Source: Cyanobacteria bacterium auto_48_18
GTDB taxonomy: Bacteria > Cyanobacteriota > Vampirovibrionia > Obscuribacterales > Obscuribacteraceae
Length of the DNA: 35,759 nucleotides
NCBI GenBank assembly: GCA_036170915.1
Contig: JAVHQC010000003.1
Location: 1-35,759 of the forward strand
Reading direction: 5' to 3'
Below, piece after piece: positions 1 through 9,076 of this stretch (the first letter of the stretch is position 1; every line of letters begins with the position of its first letter). Made by a program: the position numbers and the translations under genes. The notes below the pieces were generated by a model. The model searched no databases and was not told the origin of the DNA. It worked only from the letters and a program-made list of their open reading frames with translations.

Positions 1-55
<55 letters not shown>

Positions 56-172
56 GGCGCTGTAGTTAAACATAGATCTTTGAGGCCGTTTTCAATTCGT
101 AAGTCTTTCATGCTAATCACAAACGTGCAAGCAGTCAATAGAAAGTAAATATTTGATTCGATAGAGTTGCCG

Positions 173-1786
173 CTATTGAGCGGGAGCAACAGTTTCTTTT
201 TCTTCTAAGACAAGTTCTTTTTCGCCAGAAACAATTACTTTCTTCTCCGGTTCAATGGCGCTTAGATCCGTTTTCGCTTCGATGACTTGAGAATTTGATT
301 TGGCCAGGTGACCTGAAATTTTGTCTGAATTTAAAATGTCTTTGATCATCCAATCAAAGATATCTTTTTGACCATCAGCCGGATTAAGCTCATCTCTAAA
401 CTGAGTGTTGACTTTGTTGATGATTGGATTCATCGGTCTGACACCGTCGATAAAGGTCAGGTGATCTACATTGCGGAATACTCTAGCTAGACCAACATCG
501 GTTTTATCTCTGACTTTTTCAAAATCAGTTTCGCGGGCAAGAAATTGTGCGCGCTCCACCCCTGGTGGCAAGAAAATAGCGCTGGTCACAGGTGTTATGC
601 CGTCATTGAGACCATAAACAAAGGGTGAACCCGCTTGCTTAGCTATTTTTTTCGAGACTTGCATATTGGTCATGTCTCGATTGATAAACTCTAAAACCGG
701 ATGCTCTCTGCCAAAGTGAGCAGGAAAAGAATTGTTCAAAAGGAAGGCAGGGTAAGATGCGGTTGTTTCAATATAACGTTTGAAGCCAGGTACCAGATAT
801 GGACTGGCAATATAACCGCCATAAGTAATCAGTTTTTTGCGATCGACAGGAGCACTATTTACTTTGCTCAAGCGCAAATTAATGGTATCGCCCACAGTGA
901 GTATGCCTTTTGGTCCAAAAGGCAACTTTGATTTGAAAGGTCCGGCTTCTGGAATAGCTTCATCAAAGTTGTCCCAGGCCAGGTCTTGGCGCAGCATTGA
1001 GTTCTTAGTGAAATAAAGATGGTAAGCAAGATTGTGATCTATACGCGTCCAGGGCCAGGCGAGACGTTTGTAGACCGTGTAATTCATCCAGTCTTTGCAA
1101 AACAGCGGAGAACCGTGAAATGGAGTTCCCATGGTGAACAAAAGAGCGACCTTGGCGTCAATTGCGGGGTCTGTCAGAGCTTCATAAGCTATATTGCCGC
1201 CCATACTTAATGCCATCATCGATAGTGGTCGCTGTTTGGTCGCACTGTAAAGCGAGGTTAGGGCATCTTTAAATTTAGGTAGAACAACATCAAATCTATC
1301 GAGACTGGAATAACGAATTAGATAAATTTTGTACCTGGTGTTAAATTCTTCATTTTTTACCAGTTTCTCGGCAACTTTCTGCCAGCGGAAGTAAGGGTAA
1401 TATTCACCCCTTAAACCGTGAACCAGTAAGAACGGGCGGCGCTCAGCGAGCGGTTTCTGGTCAAATTCGTAAATCTTGACATCGGTGGGTCTTTTGCGCT
1501 GCCTGGTGCCTGCGGGCACGTTGGCAAAGCGATCTGAAACTGAACCGTAGAGCACATTAGATTGTCGCTCCACGTCGGCAGGGGTAGCCAAGCGGGCGGG
1601 GTTGGCCAGGGCTTGAGAGCTGGCGCTGCTTATCAATACAGCCAATCCGAGAGCTAAAAATCTGGCTGCCGCCTTGGACGGAACGAAGCCAGTTTCAGAG
1701 TTTGACCGACTACGTGAGAGCCAACTTTGATGGTACATTATTATCTGAAATGACAGGGAATTTGAGGTCGCGCCTTTTTTGAGCAA
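173..1786 (-). CDS. Secreted alpha/beta-hydrolase (lipase/esterase, PGAP1-like); true start may be the ATG at 1738
   Basis: LLVHGL oxyanion motif, ALSMGG nucleophile elbow, GTPFHGSPL, NDGITPVTSA (Asp) and VDHLTF (His). Hydrophobic signal-like stretch FLALGLAVLISSASSQALA. Confidence 0.8.
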   Translation of the reverse strand: MLKKGATSNSLSFQIIMYHQSWLSRSRSNSETGFVPSKAAARFLALGLAVLISSASSQALANPARLATPADVERQSNVLYGSVSDRFANVPAGTRQRKRPTDVKIYEFDQKPLAERRPFLLVHGLRGEYYPYFRWQKVAEKLVKNEEFNTRYKIYLIRYSSLDRFDVVLPKFKDALTSLYSATKQRPLSMMALSMGGNIAYEALTDPAIDAKVALLFTMGTPFHGSPLFCKDWMNYTVYKRLAWPWTRIDHNLAYHLYFTKNSMLRQDLAWDNFDEAIPEAGPFKSKLPFGPKGILTVGDTINLRLSKVNSAPVDRKKLITYGGYIASPYLVPGFKRYIETTASYPAFLLNNSFPAHFGREHPVLEFINRDMTNMQVSKKIAKQAGSPFVYGLNDGITPVTSAIFLPPGVERAQFLARETDFEKVRDKTDVGLARVFRNVDHLTFIDGVRPMNPIINKVNTQFRDELNPADGQKDIFDWMIKDILNSDKISGHLAKSNSQVIEAKTDLSAIEPEKKVIVSGEKELVLEEKETVAPAQ

Positions 1787-1846
1787 TGCTAGGCGATTTC
1801 ATTCTATCAGAATAATTGCGCTACCTCTGGCTTTCAGCCCAATTGG

Positions 1847-3184
1847 TTGGTCCCAAACCGCACGGATGTACTCCTTTTGAATGGAAACAATAGTTCCTCT
1901 AAGACCAGACCAATTCGCATTGGGATGTTTTTCTCCGACACTGGCGGTGGACATCGCAGCGCTACTGAAGCCATCCAGGCAGCCATCCTCTTAGTTGCAG
2001 CTCAACGTTTTCCTGAGCGTCCGATAGAGATCACCATAGATAGCGTGGTTGAAAACACCCACCCGCTAAACCGACGTTTCGTCCAGCTCTACAATTACCT
2101 TTTGCGCCATCAGCAATCGGCAATGAAGTATTACTACTGGTTTATTGAAACCTTTAAACCGAATGACTCTGCACTTGGCTGGAAAATTGCCAAACCATAT
2201 GTAGAGAAGACATTGCGTAGCATGGGTGCTGACGTGATCGTTTCAGTACATCCAATGTCAAACCAATATATTGCTCGCGCACTAAAAGAAACGGGCATGA
2301 AGTCGCACACAAAGCTTGTCACTGTGGTCACTGATCCCAATGGCGATTTCTGGAGTGGTTGGGCTTGTCAGGCTGCTGATTTGACCATCGCTCCCAACGA
2401 CCTTGCTCACGGCCGGCTGGTGGAGCTCGGTGTTGAGCCTTCTAAAATTGCCACTATGGGAATGCCTGTACATCCGGCTTTTGTCAGCCCCCCTAATTGC
2501 ACTACTGAAGAATTTTGTCAGTCTCTAGGCCTCAGCCCTGACTTGCCGACCATTTGTATCAATTCCGGTTGGGCTGGTGGTGGCAACATGCTTGCCATTT
2601 ATCGCGCACTTAAGAACGTCAAACGCAAAATTCAGGTAGTTTTCCTTTGCGGCCACAATCTCAAGTTGTACGAAGCAATTAAACAAGAAGTAGGACGCTC
2701 TTTGATACCAACAGCGGTGCTACCTTTCCATGACAGTATGTCTGATTTAATGGCTGCCTGCGATCTTATGGTCACCAAAGCTGGTGGCTTAACTTCGTTC
2801 GAGTCTGTGGCCCGTCGTTTGCCTATGGCACTTGATATGATTACAACCCCGATGCCGCAAGAGCTAGGGACAGCAAGAATGTTGGTGGAACAGGGTTTGG
2901 CCACAGCCATTGAAAAACCTGAGCACATTATTGCCGTCGCTGAAAACATTGTTTGCCGTCGCGATATTGATGCCAAGCCTTTACCGGTTAAGCACCAACT
3001 CGATCAGGTAGACGCTGTCTTCAAAATTGCCAATACTCTGGTAGATATGGCGTGTGGCGATTATCAATCAACAGATTTGCAGACGACAGAATCGCAGGCG
3101 GCAGGTTCACATACTATAGCCTTGCAGGCGACACCTTTGCATTCGGTGCACACAAGCAGACCGCAGCCTTCTGTAGGGTACTAG
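1847..3184 (+). CDS. GT28 glycosyltransferase, MGDG synthase / UgtP (diacylglycerol glycosyltransferase) family
   Basis: SDTGGGHRSA, IVSVHP, TVVTD, GMPVHPAF, FLCGHN, LMAACDLMVTKAGGLT, PMPQE. Confidence 0.88.
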   Translation: MVPNRTDVLLLNGNNSSSKTRPIRIGMFFSDTGGGHRSATEAIQAAILLVAAQRFPERPIEITIDSVVENTHPLNRRFVQLYNYLLRHQQSAMKYYYWFIETFKPNDSALGWKIAKPYVEKTLRSMGADVIVSVHPMSNQYIARALKETGMKSHTKLVTVVTDPNGDFWSGWACQAADLTIAPNDLAHGRLVELGVEPSKIATMGMPVHPAFVSPPNCTTEEFCQSLGLSPDLPTICINSGWAGGGNMLAIYRALKNVKRKIQVVFLCGHNLKLYEAIKQEVGRSLIPTAVLPFHDSMSDLMAACDLMVTKAGGLTSFESVARRLPMALDMITTPMPQELGTARMLVEQGLATAIEKPEHIIAVAENIVCRRDIDAKPLPVKHQLDQVDAVFKIANTLVDMACGDYQSTDLQTTESQAAGSHTIALQATPLHSVHTSRPQPSVGY

Positions 3185-3191
3185 TTTTCAG

Positions 3192-3926
3192 TTGTTATTG
3201 TCGATTCAGAAAAACGAACCTGTCAGTGGTGGCAACGATCAGTTGACTGACCTGATTTTTTTGCATGGCACCGGATCTGCCGGCGAAATGTGGAAACACC
3301 AGGTCGAGTTTTTTACTGCACGTGGATATCGCTGTTATGTAATTGATCTGCGCGGCCATGGTCTAACAGAAGATCCTGGTGAGCACACAGACCTTGCCGT
3401 TCACTTGAGCGATGTGGTGGAAACTTTAGAAGCATCCGACATCAAATTTCCGGCGGCATTCATCGGCCATTCCTTAGGGGCAATGATTAGCGTCACACTG
3501 GCGCAAAGTCGACCTGAGATGTTCAAGACAATACTGGCAGCCGGTCTGCCTGGTCGTGTGCTCAAGCCTGTTACTTATGTCTTCAAATTGTTCATGGAAC
3601 ATTCGTACGATCATGTCAAAAAATCGAATATGCACAAAAATTGGAACTGGCGCAATCGCACATTGATTGAAACCAACAAACATTCTCTCGAACAGATAGT
3701 GCTTAATTTCGGGGATCTTGATTTCGTGTCAAAAGTGCCCCAGCTAAATTGTCCTTTGCACATCGCTGCGGGCCGCTTTGATCCTGTAGCGCCCTGCCAC
3801 TATGCTGTGCAGATCCATAAAAAAATTCCCAATTCCACCCTCAAGATTTTTGAATTGGGTGGTCACAACTTTATGGACAATTTTAGAGATTCATTCAATC
3901 AGTGGATTTTATCTGGCCTTAAATAG
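3192..3926 (+). CDS. Alpha/beta hydrolase (Abhydrolase_1/6)
   Basis: IFLHGTG, DLRGHG, GHSLG nucleophile, GRFDP (Asp) and GGHNF (His). Starts 7 nt after the glycosyltransferase stop. Confidence 0.9.
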   Translation: MLLSIQKNEPVSGGNDQLTDLIFLHGTGSAGEMWKHQVEFFTARGYRCYVIDLRGHGLTEDPGEHTDLAVHLSDVVETLEASDIKFPAAFIGHSLGAMISVTLAQSRPEMFKTILAAGLPGRVLKPVTYVFKLFMEHSYDHVKKSNMHKNWNWRNRTLIETNKHSLEQIVLNFGDLDFVSKVPQLNCPLHIAAGRFDPVAPCHYAVQIHKKIPNSTLKIFELGGHNFMDNFRDSFNQWILSGLK

Positions 3927-5276
3927 TTAAGGCATATGCAAAGTTTTTTTCAGCCAGCTGAAAAGCTTTTGGCTTTTTTCCATTAATGAATCGGTAACCG
4001 GTTCTTTATTGAAGTCTTTAAGTGCGGCAGGCTCAGTGCTATTCAAGGTTGGCCCCTTGCGTGCGTCGGCGGCAGCGGCAGCCGATGGCCCTTTATCAAA
4101 TTCATTGTCTTCAAGAATAGCTTTGCGTGTAAAACTATTGTCGGCGTGTTCGTCGCTGACTTCGTTGTCATCCATCAGCTCACCAAGTGTGCCGCTGCTG
4201 TTTTCATTGTTGCTGTCAGCAGAGTGCTTGGAGGGTTTAGCTGGTAGCTCCACCGCCTCTTCGCCAAAAAGTTCTCTGTCTGTTTGTGCCTTGTCTTTTG
4301 CTTGTTCGCGTGCTGATGCTTTCTGCGCGTCATTGTCATTCAAATCGATCAGTGCGGATGGATCACCGCCAACAAGCTTGCCTAAGGTGGAGAGTTTGTA
4401 TAGCAAATCTGCCGGAATGAGCATATCTGGACGCCTGGCTTTAACCAGTTCGTGCGTATCTTGAGGGGCCGAGATGATACGGCGAATGCGCCTGCCATCT
4501 GCCAGGAAAATTACAGCTTCGCCTGTTTCTTCTGAAAACATAAAAGCTTCGCCGGCCTTTAGACTGCCAGTACCGTTGACGCTCAGGTATTTCAGGCGCT
4601 TGGCCCAGGCATCATTTTCAAGTACGACTTTAGGTGTGACTTTGGCGGCCGATGCTTTCGCTTCGCTTTTGAGCTCGGTTCTAACGCTTTCTTTTGTACT
4701 GTCTTTGGTATTTTCTTTGGCGTTGGCGGCTGAGAAAACTAGAGCACTCTTGCCTGCTGGGCGCACCACTGTCGGTGCCCTTTCAGGGGTAGTAACTGCA
4801 GGTTTATCGGCCAGGCCCAGTGAGCGTGTTAATTCTTGAGCGGCGCCGCCGGTGTTGCCTGCTTCAAGGCGCACTGTGGCCAAAAGTATGCGGGCTTCGC
4901 GAAAGCTGGGATCTACTGCCAGGGCCTGACACAGGCTTGACTCTGCTAGTTTGGGATAACCCTTGCTGCGAAAAATTAATGCCTGTTCGTAAAATGCTCT
5001 GATGCACCGGGGGTTTTCTTTGATTGCTTGAAGAAATTCAATCAGAGCACGATTGACGTCGCCGCTTTTTTTGTAAGCAAGGCCTTGATCAAAATGCTTT
5101 GATAATGTGATTGAGGGCGTGGTGGGCTTCAGCCCGGGCACTACAGCTGGTGCCGGAGTTGACATTGACGAGAGGTAAACAGGCCGAGCTTTGCTCTCCG
5201 CCTCAGAGGGGCAGATTGAAGTTGTTGATAGCAGAATGATCAACGCCAGACTAAGCTTCAGTGAATCAGCTTTCAA
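3927..5276 (-). CDS. Secreted TPR-containing protein with low-complexity charged C-terminus
   Basis: N-terminal signal-like hydrophobic stretch; TPR helices (HFDQGLAYKKSGDVNRALIEFLQAIKENP, AESSLCQALAVDPSFREARILLA). Its stop directly abuts the stop of the convergent hydrolase. Confidence 0.75.
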   Translation of the reverse strand: MKADSLKLSLALIILLSTTSICPSEAESKARPVYLSSMSTPAPAVVPGLKPTTPSITLSKHFDQGLAYKKSGDVNRALIEFLQAIKENPRCIRAFYEQALIFRSKGYPKLAESSLCQALAVDPSFREARILLATVRLEAGNTGGAAQELTRSLGLADKPAVTTPERAPTVVRPAGKSALVFSAANAKENTKDSTKESVRTELKSEAKASAAKVTPKVVLENDAWAKRLKYLSVNGTGSLKAGEAFMFSEETGEAVIFLADGRRIRRIISAPQDTHELVKARRPDMLIPADLLYKLSTLGKLVGGDPSALIDLNDNDAQKASAREQAKDKAQTDRELFGEEAVELPAKPSKHSADSNNENSSGTLGELMDDNEVSDEHADNSFTRKAILEDNEFDKGPSAAAAADARKGPTLNSTEPAALKDFNKEPVTDSLMEKSQKLFSWLKKTLHMP

Positions 5277-5376
5277 TCTCTTGATTTGCCTTAAGCAGGA
5301 GCCTGTCTATAGTACACCACTTCCTTGCAACTCCATCAGCGTTTGTCATACTCGACAGGGGAGTTGTTAGCGATTT

Positions 5377-5862
5377 TTAATTGCCTTTGATGAACACACG
5401 CTCAAGATTGCGAATTTGAGTTTTCCAGCGCGGCTCTTTTTGCGATTTGAGAATCTGCACCAGCACTGTTTTCATTCCTGCTCGATAGCCACCCCATATA
5501 TCGGTCAGGGGGCGATCGCCGATGACGGCCACCTGGTGAGCTTCTAAGTGAAAATCGGTCATAAGCTTGTGAAAAGCTTTTCGGCTTGGTTTGGCCGCCC
5601 GGCCAACCACCGGAATGGTCAGAATGTTGCGAATCTGATCTAAATAAACCTCATTTTTATTATTACTGGCAATTGCCACGGCAAAGCGCTGGCAAGCCCG
5701 CTCAAGCCAGGCGCTGGCCTCGGGGGTGAGCTTGGCTGAATGGGGCTCAACCAGGGTGCTGTCGAGATCTAATATCAATCCTTTGATGCCCGCCTGAGCC
5801 AGCATTTCAATGTCTATATCTGTAATATCACCCTCAATCAGGTAATCTGGTTTCAGGAACAC
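5377..5862 (-). CDS. yqeG: YqeG-family HAD IIIA phosphatase (possible phosphatidylglycerophosphatase)
   Basis: GIKGLILDLDSTL (motif I), IASNN (II), AKPS (III), IGDRPLTDIWGGYRAG (IV). Confidence 0.85.
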   Translation of the reverse strand: MFLKPDYLIEGDITDIDIEMLAQAGIKGLILDLDSTLVEPHSAKLTPEASAWLERACQRFAVAIASNNKNEVYLDQIRNILTIPVVGRAAKPSRKAFHKLMTDFHLEAHQVAVIGDRPLTDIWGGYRAGMKTVLVQILKSQKEPRWKTQIRNLERVFIKGN

Positions 5863-5974
5863 TTTGTTTTCTCTGGCGACGGGTACTTAAATAACTAGTC
5901 TAAAATACCAGGCTTTGCCACATGGCTTTGCAAAAGCTTCTTAGACATGGCCCTGAGCGCTAAAATGGCAAATA

Positions 5975-6772
5975 GTGAGTTTACGCGTGAAAGCCTTGCA
6001 CCGCACAAAATTTTCCAAAACCAATAAAGCCGAACCAGCGACCCAATCTGACGCTGAAACTGCTCCGCTGGCCGCCTTGCCGGTGGACCATGTGGCCATT
6101 ATTATGGACGGCAACAGGCGCTGGGCCGACAAACGCCATTTTCCCCGCTTGAAAGGCCATCAAGAAGGGGTCAAAAGTCTCAAGCGCCTGGTTAAGCATG
6201 TAGGAGCCATTGGCCTTAAGTATCTAACCGTCTACGCATTTTCATCTGAGAACTGGCAGCGCAGCTCCGACGAAGTCAATTATCTTTTTGACCTTTTCGG
6301 CCGGGCCCTGACGGAAGAATTTGATGAGCTTTCGAAAAATGGTGTCAGGCTGCGCTTCATCGGGCAGTTAGACAAAGTACCGGCCAATTTGCGCCGTTCC
6401 ATGTTCGAGACCATGGAAAAAACTAAAAACAACACCGGCCTAAATTTGCAGGTGGCGGTCAATTATGGTGCTCGAGTAGAAATAACCGACGCTGTGCGCT
6501 CAATTGCTACGCTAGTGCAAAAGGGCGAATTGAAACCGGAAGAGATTACCGAGGAGCTGGTGGCCAGCCATCTTTATACAAGTGGCATTCCTGATCCTGG
6601 TCTATTGATTCGCACTGGTGGCGACATGCGCCTGAGCAATTATCTGTTGTGGCAAGCGGCATACACCGAAATTTTCGTTTCGCCTGTGCTCTGGCCTGAA
6701 TTTCTACCCGAAGACTTTGATCAAGCTTTGCGTGATTTTGGCAGTCGCAGTAGACGTTGGGGCGGCGACTAA
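5975..6772 (+). CDS. uppS: Isoprenyl transferase (undecaprenyl/polyprenyl diphosphate synthase)
   Basis: HVAIIMDGNRRWA, TVYAFSSENWQR, NYGAR, LLIRTGGDMRLSNYLLWQAAYTE, RRWGG. Confidence 0.96.
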   Translation: MSLRVKALHRTKFSKTNKAEPATQSDAETAPLAALPVDHVAIIMDGNRRWADKRHFPRLKGHQEGVKSLKRLVKHVGAIGLKYLTVYAFSSENWQRSSDEVNYLFDLFGRALTEEFDELSKNGVRLRFIGQLDKVPANLRRSMFETMEKTKNNTGLNLQVAVNYGARVEITDAVRSIATLVQKGELKPEEITEELVASHLYTSGIPDPGLLIRTGGDMRLSNYLLWQAAYTEIFVSPVLWPEFLPEDFDQALRDFGSRSRRWGGD

Positions 6773-6806
6773 CTAATTACTCTAATCATTCTAATTATTG
6801 GTGCGC

Positions 6807-8636
6807 CTAGTATTGAGGCTGCTGCTGATATTGGGGTGGTGGCTGATACTGGGGCTGGGCCTGGGGTTGATATTGAGGCTGCTGAGGATAACCTTGAGGC
6901 TGCTGCGGATAACCTTGAGGCTGCTGCGGCTGATATTGAGGCTGCTGAGGATAACCTTGAGGTTGCTGCGGATAGCCTTGAGGTGCTTGTTGATATTGTG
7001 GCTGCTGCGGCGGCGCATAATATGGAGCAACGGCGGCAGCGGCCGTTATTTGCATAGACTCGTCGAGCTGAACAGGCAACTGTGTTCCAGCCTTAAATAC
7101 TACTTCTGAACCTTTGCGCACCCCGGCGCCAACCAGACCCACACCGGCACCAATGGCGGTGCCGAAGACCGCACCCATGCCCGTGGCGCGGCCCACCTGC
7201 CCGTTAGATGTGGCGCCGACAATGGCTCCCAGTCCTGTTCCTAGTGCGGCGCCGCCACCAGCACCAATGCCAGTCGTGAGCAAGCCTTTGCCCACTCTGC
7301 CGGCAGTGCTACCACCTGTGAGGCGCACTTCATTACCATCTACCGATGCTGAAAGATTAAAGCGTCTGCCATCAGGTGTTTGAATGGTGGTAAAGCGAAT
7401 GTCTATTTTGCCGTTGGCGCCAAAGCGAAAACGCTTTGCTGAGACTACGTTGCTTACCTGGCCGATTAAGGTACTGCCTGCAGGCACCACTTCTACGCCA
7501 CCTGAATAAATTGGCGATGGCAAAGTAGCTTCAACTGATTCGCCCGGAACAGTCGACCCTGAATCCATTGTATTTTTCAAAGAGGCCTGAAATTTAGTGC
7601 CGGCGCCCACAGTCATGACTCGCCCGGAGAGAGGCTGTTGGTAACCACCAGCCTGGCCATACTGAGGTGGATAGCCAGCAGGCGGCTGAGCATAAGCTTG
7701 TTGTGGCGGTTGTTGATATGGTTGCTGTGGTGGTGTGGCACCAAAAGATTCGGGTTGCCCTTCATGCTGAACACCACCCTGCCAGCCGCCTTGAGGTGGT
7801 GGTGTTTGCTGATAGTTTTGCCTTGGCGCTTGTTGATATTGCGTCGGTGGCGGCTGATATTGACCCTGAGGTTGAGTTTGGGGCTGCGCTTGAGGTTGAG
7901 CCATAATCGGGGTTTCAGCTTGGAATTGAGGCTGTTTTGGCTTGGGATTGGCCAGAGCCAGATTGACGGCCTGCCGTTTTTTGTAGTCACTAAGTTTGCT
8001 TAAAAGCGCAGCGGTGTCGCCACGAGAAGCGATGGCGCTGGCATCAATAGTAGTGTCACCGGTTTTGTCAACCAGAATGCCGGCCAGTTCAGCCTGGGCA
8101 ATTCCTGCCGCCGCCCAATCAGGAATTTTGCTTTTGTCTGTAAACTTTGCCAGCGTTTTAGCTGTGGTGCCATCATCAGGAACGGTTGTGCCAAGAGTGC
8201 GCGAAATGATTGAAATCATCTCACCACGTTGCATAAACTGCTTTGGTCTGAAGCCGTCGGCATAACCGGCAATGTAATTATTTTGCACAATAATTTCTAC
8301 TGGTTTGTAAAACCAGTCTGTGGGCTTCACGTCAGCAAATGTCTGTTTCTCAGGTACTGCCTGGTTTTCGATGCCTAAAACTTTTACCAACCAGCTGGCT
8401 AACTGTGCGCGTGTTACCGGATCAGCGGCACGAAATTTGCCGTCTGCTTCTGCGCTGATGACGCCTTGATCAGACAGGGCGTTGATGTATTTTTCGGTCC
8501 AGTTGCCGGTCAGGTCAATAAAGCGTGCAGCGTCGGCAGCTTGAGGAATGGCATAGAAAGCGAAAGCCGATAGAGCGATTGAAGAAGCAATCGCCACTGT
8601 AACCGTTTTCAATTTGACCAGTGTTCTAGTCGGCAT
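6807..8636 (-). CDS. S-layer homology (SLH) domain protein with Gln/Pro-rich linkers and a C-terminal TrbI/VirB10-like beta domain containing a glycine zipper
   Basis: Signal peptide ending AADA; three SLH repeats (FIDLTGNW...VTRAQLA; FADVKPTDW...GYADGFRPKQFMQRGE; FTDKSKIPDWA...SRGDTA); AGTKFQASL...VVPAGSTLIGQV...IRFTTIQTPDG; GAALGTGLGAIVG glycine zipper. Confidence 0.88.
   Translation of the reverse strand: MPTRTLVKLKTVTVAIASSIALSAFAFYAIPQAADAARFIDLTGNWTEKYINALSDQGVISAEADGKFRAADPVTRAQLASWLVKVLGIENQAVPEKQTFADVKPTDWFYKPVEIIVQNNYIAGYADGFRPKQFMQRGEMISIISRTLGTTVPDDGTTAKTLAKFTDKSKIPDWAAAGIAQAELAGILVDKTGDTTIDASAIASRGDTAALLSKLSDYKKRQAVNLALANPKPKQPQFQAETPIMAQPQAQPQTQPQGQYQPPPTQYQQAPRQNYQQTPPPQGGWQGGVQHEGQPESFGATPPQQPYQQPPQQAYAQPPAGYPPQYGQAGGYQQPLSGRVMTVGAGTKFQASLKNTMDSGSTVPGESVEATLPSPIYSGGVEVVPAGSTLIGQVSNVVSAKRFRFGANGKIDIRFTTIQTPDGRRFNLSASVDGNEVRLTGGSTAGRVGKGLLTTGIGAGGGAALGTGLGAIVGATSNGQVGRATGMGAVFGTAIGAGVGLVGAGVRKGSEVVFKAGTQLPVQLDESMQITAAAAVAPYYAPPQQPQYQQAPQGYPQQPQGYPQQPQYQPQQPQGYPQQPQGYPQQPQYQPQAQPQYQPPPQYQQQPQY
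6810..7012 (-). repeat. Coding tandem repeats (21-nt PQGYPQQ and related PQYQPQQ units) at the SLH protein C-terminus
   Basis: Recurrent GGATAACCTTGAGGCTGCTG and GATATTGAGGCTGCTG on the + strand. Confidence 0.85.
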
Positions 8637-8653
8637 TGAGCACCTGAAAAAGT

Positions 8654-9031
8654 TTAGCTCAGCATCCCTTCTAATGATCTACCCTGTTCTTCCACTGATC
8701 TAATCAATCCTTCCAGATTGATGCGTTGACCTTTAGCAGTCAGCACTACGAGAAAATGGCCAGCCGCCTCATAAAAATGCAGAATGCCTTGATCTGTGAG
8801 CAGAGTCATTTGAATTAGATTGCCTCTGTTCATGCGTTGAATGGAGACGTCGTTATTGGAAAACAATGTGGCTGAAAGGGCACCGATAGTGGATATGTCA
8901 ACTTCTGCCGGTAGACTGCTCGACACTACGGAACCATCTCGACCAACCAGCAAGCAACCGAGAATGCCATGTTTGCCGTTAAGTGAATTAAGCAAAGTTT
9001 TGAGTTGGGCAGCCGATTCAGGTGTAACCAT
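8654..9031 (-). CDS. Roadblock/LC7 domain protein (MglB-like)
   Basis: 125 aa; GILGCLLVGRDGSVVSS, ALSATLF, GNLIQMTLLTDQG, FLVVLT, INLEGLIR match the roadblock pattern. Confidence 0.85.
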   Translation of the reverse strand: MVTPESAAQLKTLLNSLNGKHGILGCLLVGRDGSVVSSSLPAEVDISTIGALSATLFSNNDVSIQRMNRGNLIQMTLLTDQGILHFYEAAGHFLVVLTAKGQRINLEGLIRSVEEQGRSLEGMLS

Positions 9032-9076
9032 TGATCCTATTCCTTTTTACTTTCTTTTTTTTTGTTCAAGAGCTGC

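Noticed and set aside
4009..4839. Ser/Leu-rich + strand ORFs (4009..4464, 4474..4839)
   Set aside because: Antisense to the charged low-complexity region of the TPR gene.
6798..7109. ORF with striking LRLLRIT amphipathic repeats (also 6791..7030, 6836..7057 and 7638..8003)
   Set aside because: Antisense or alternate-frame shadows of the Gln/Pro codon repeats in the SLH gene; no independent evidence of coding.
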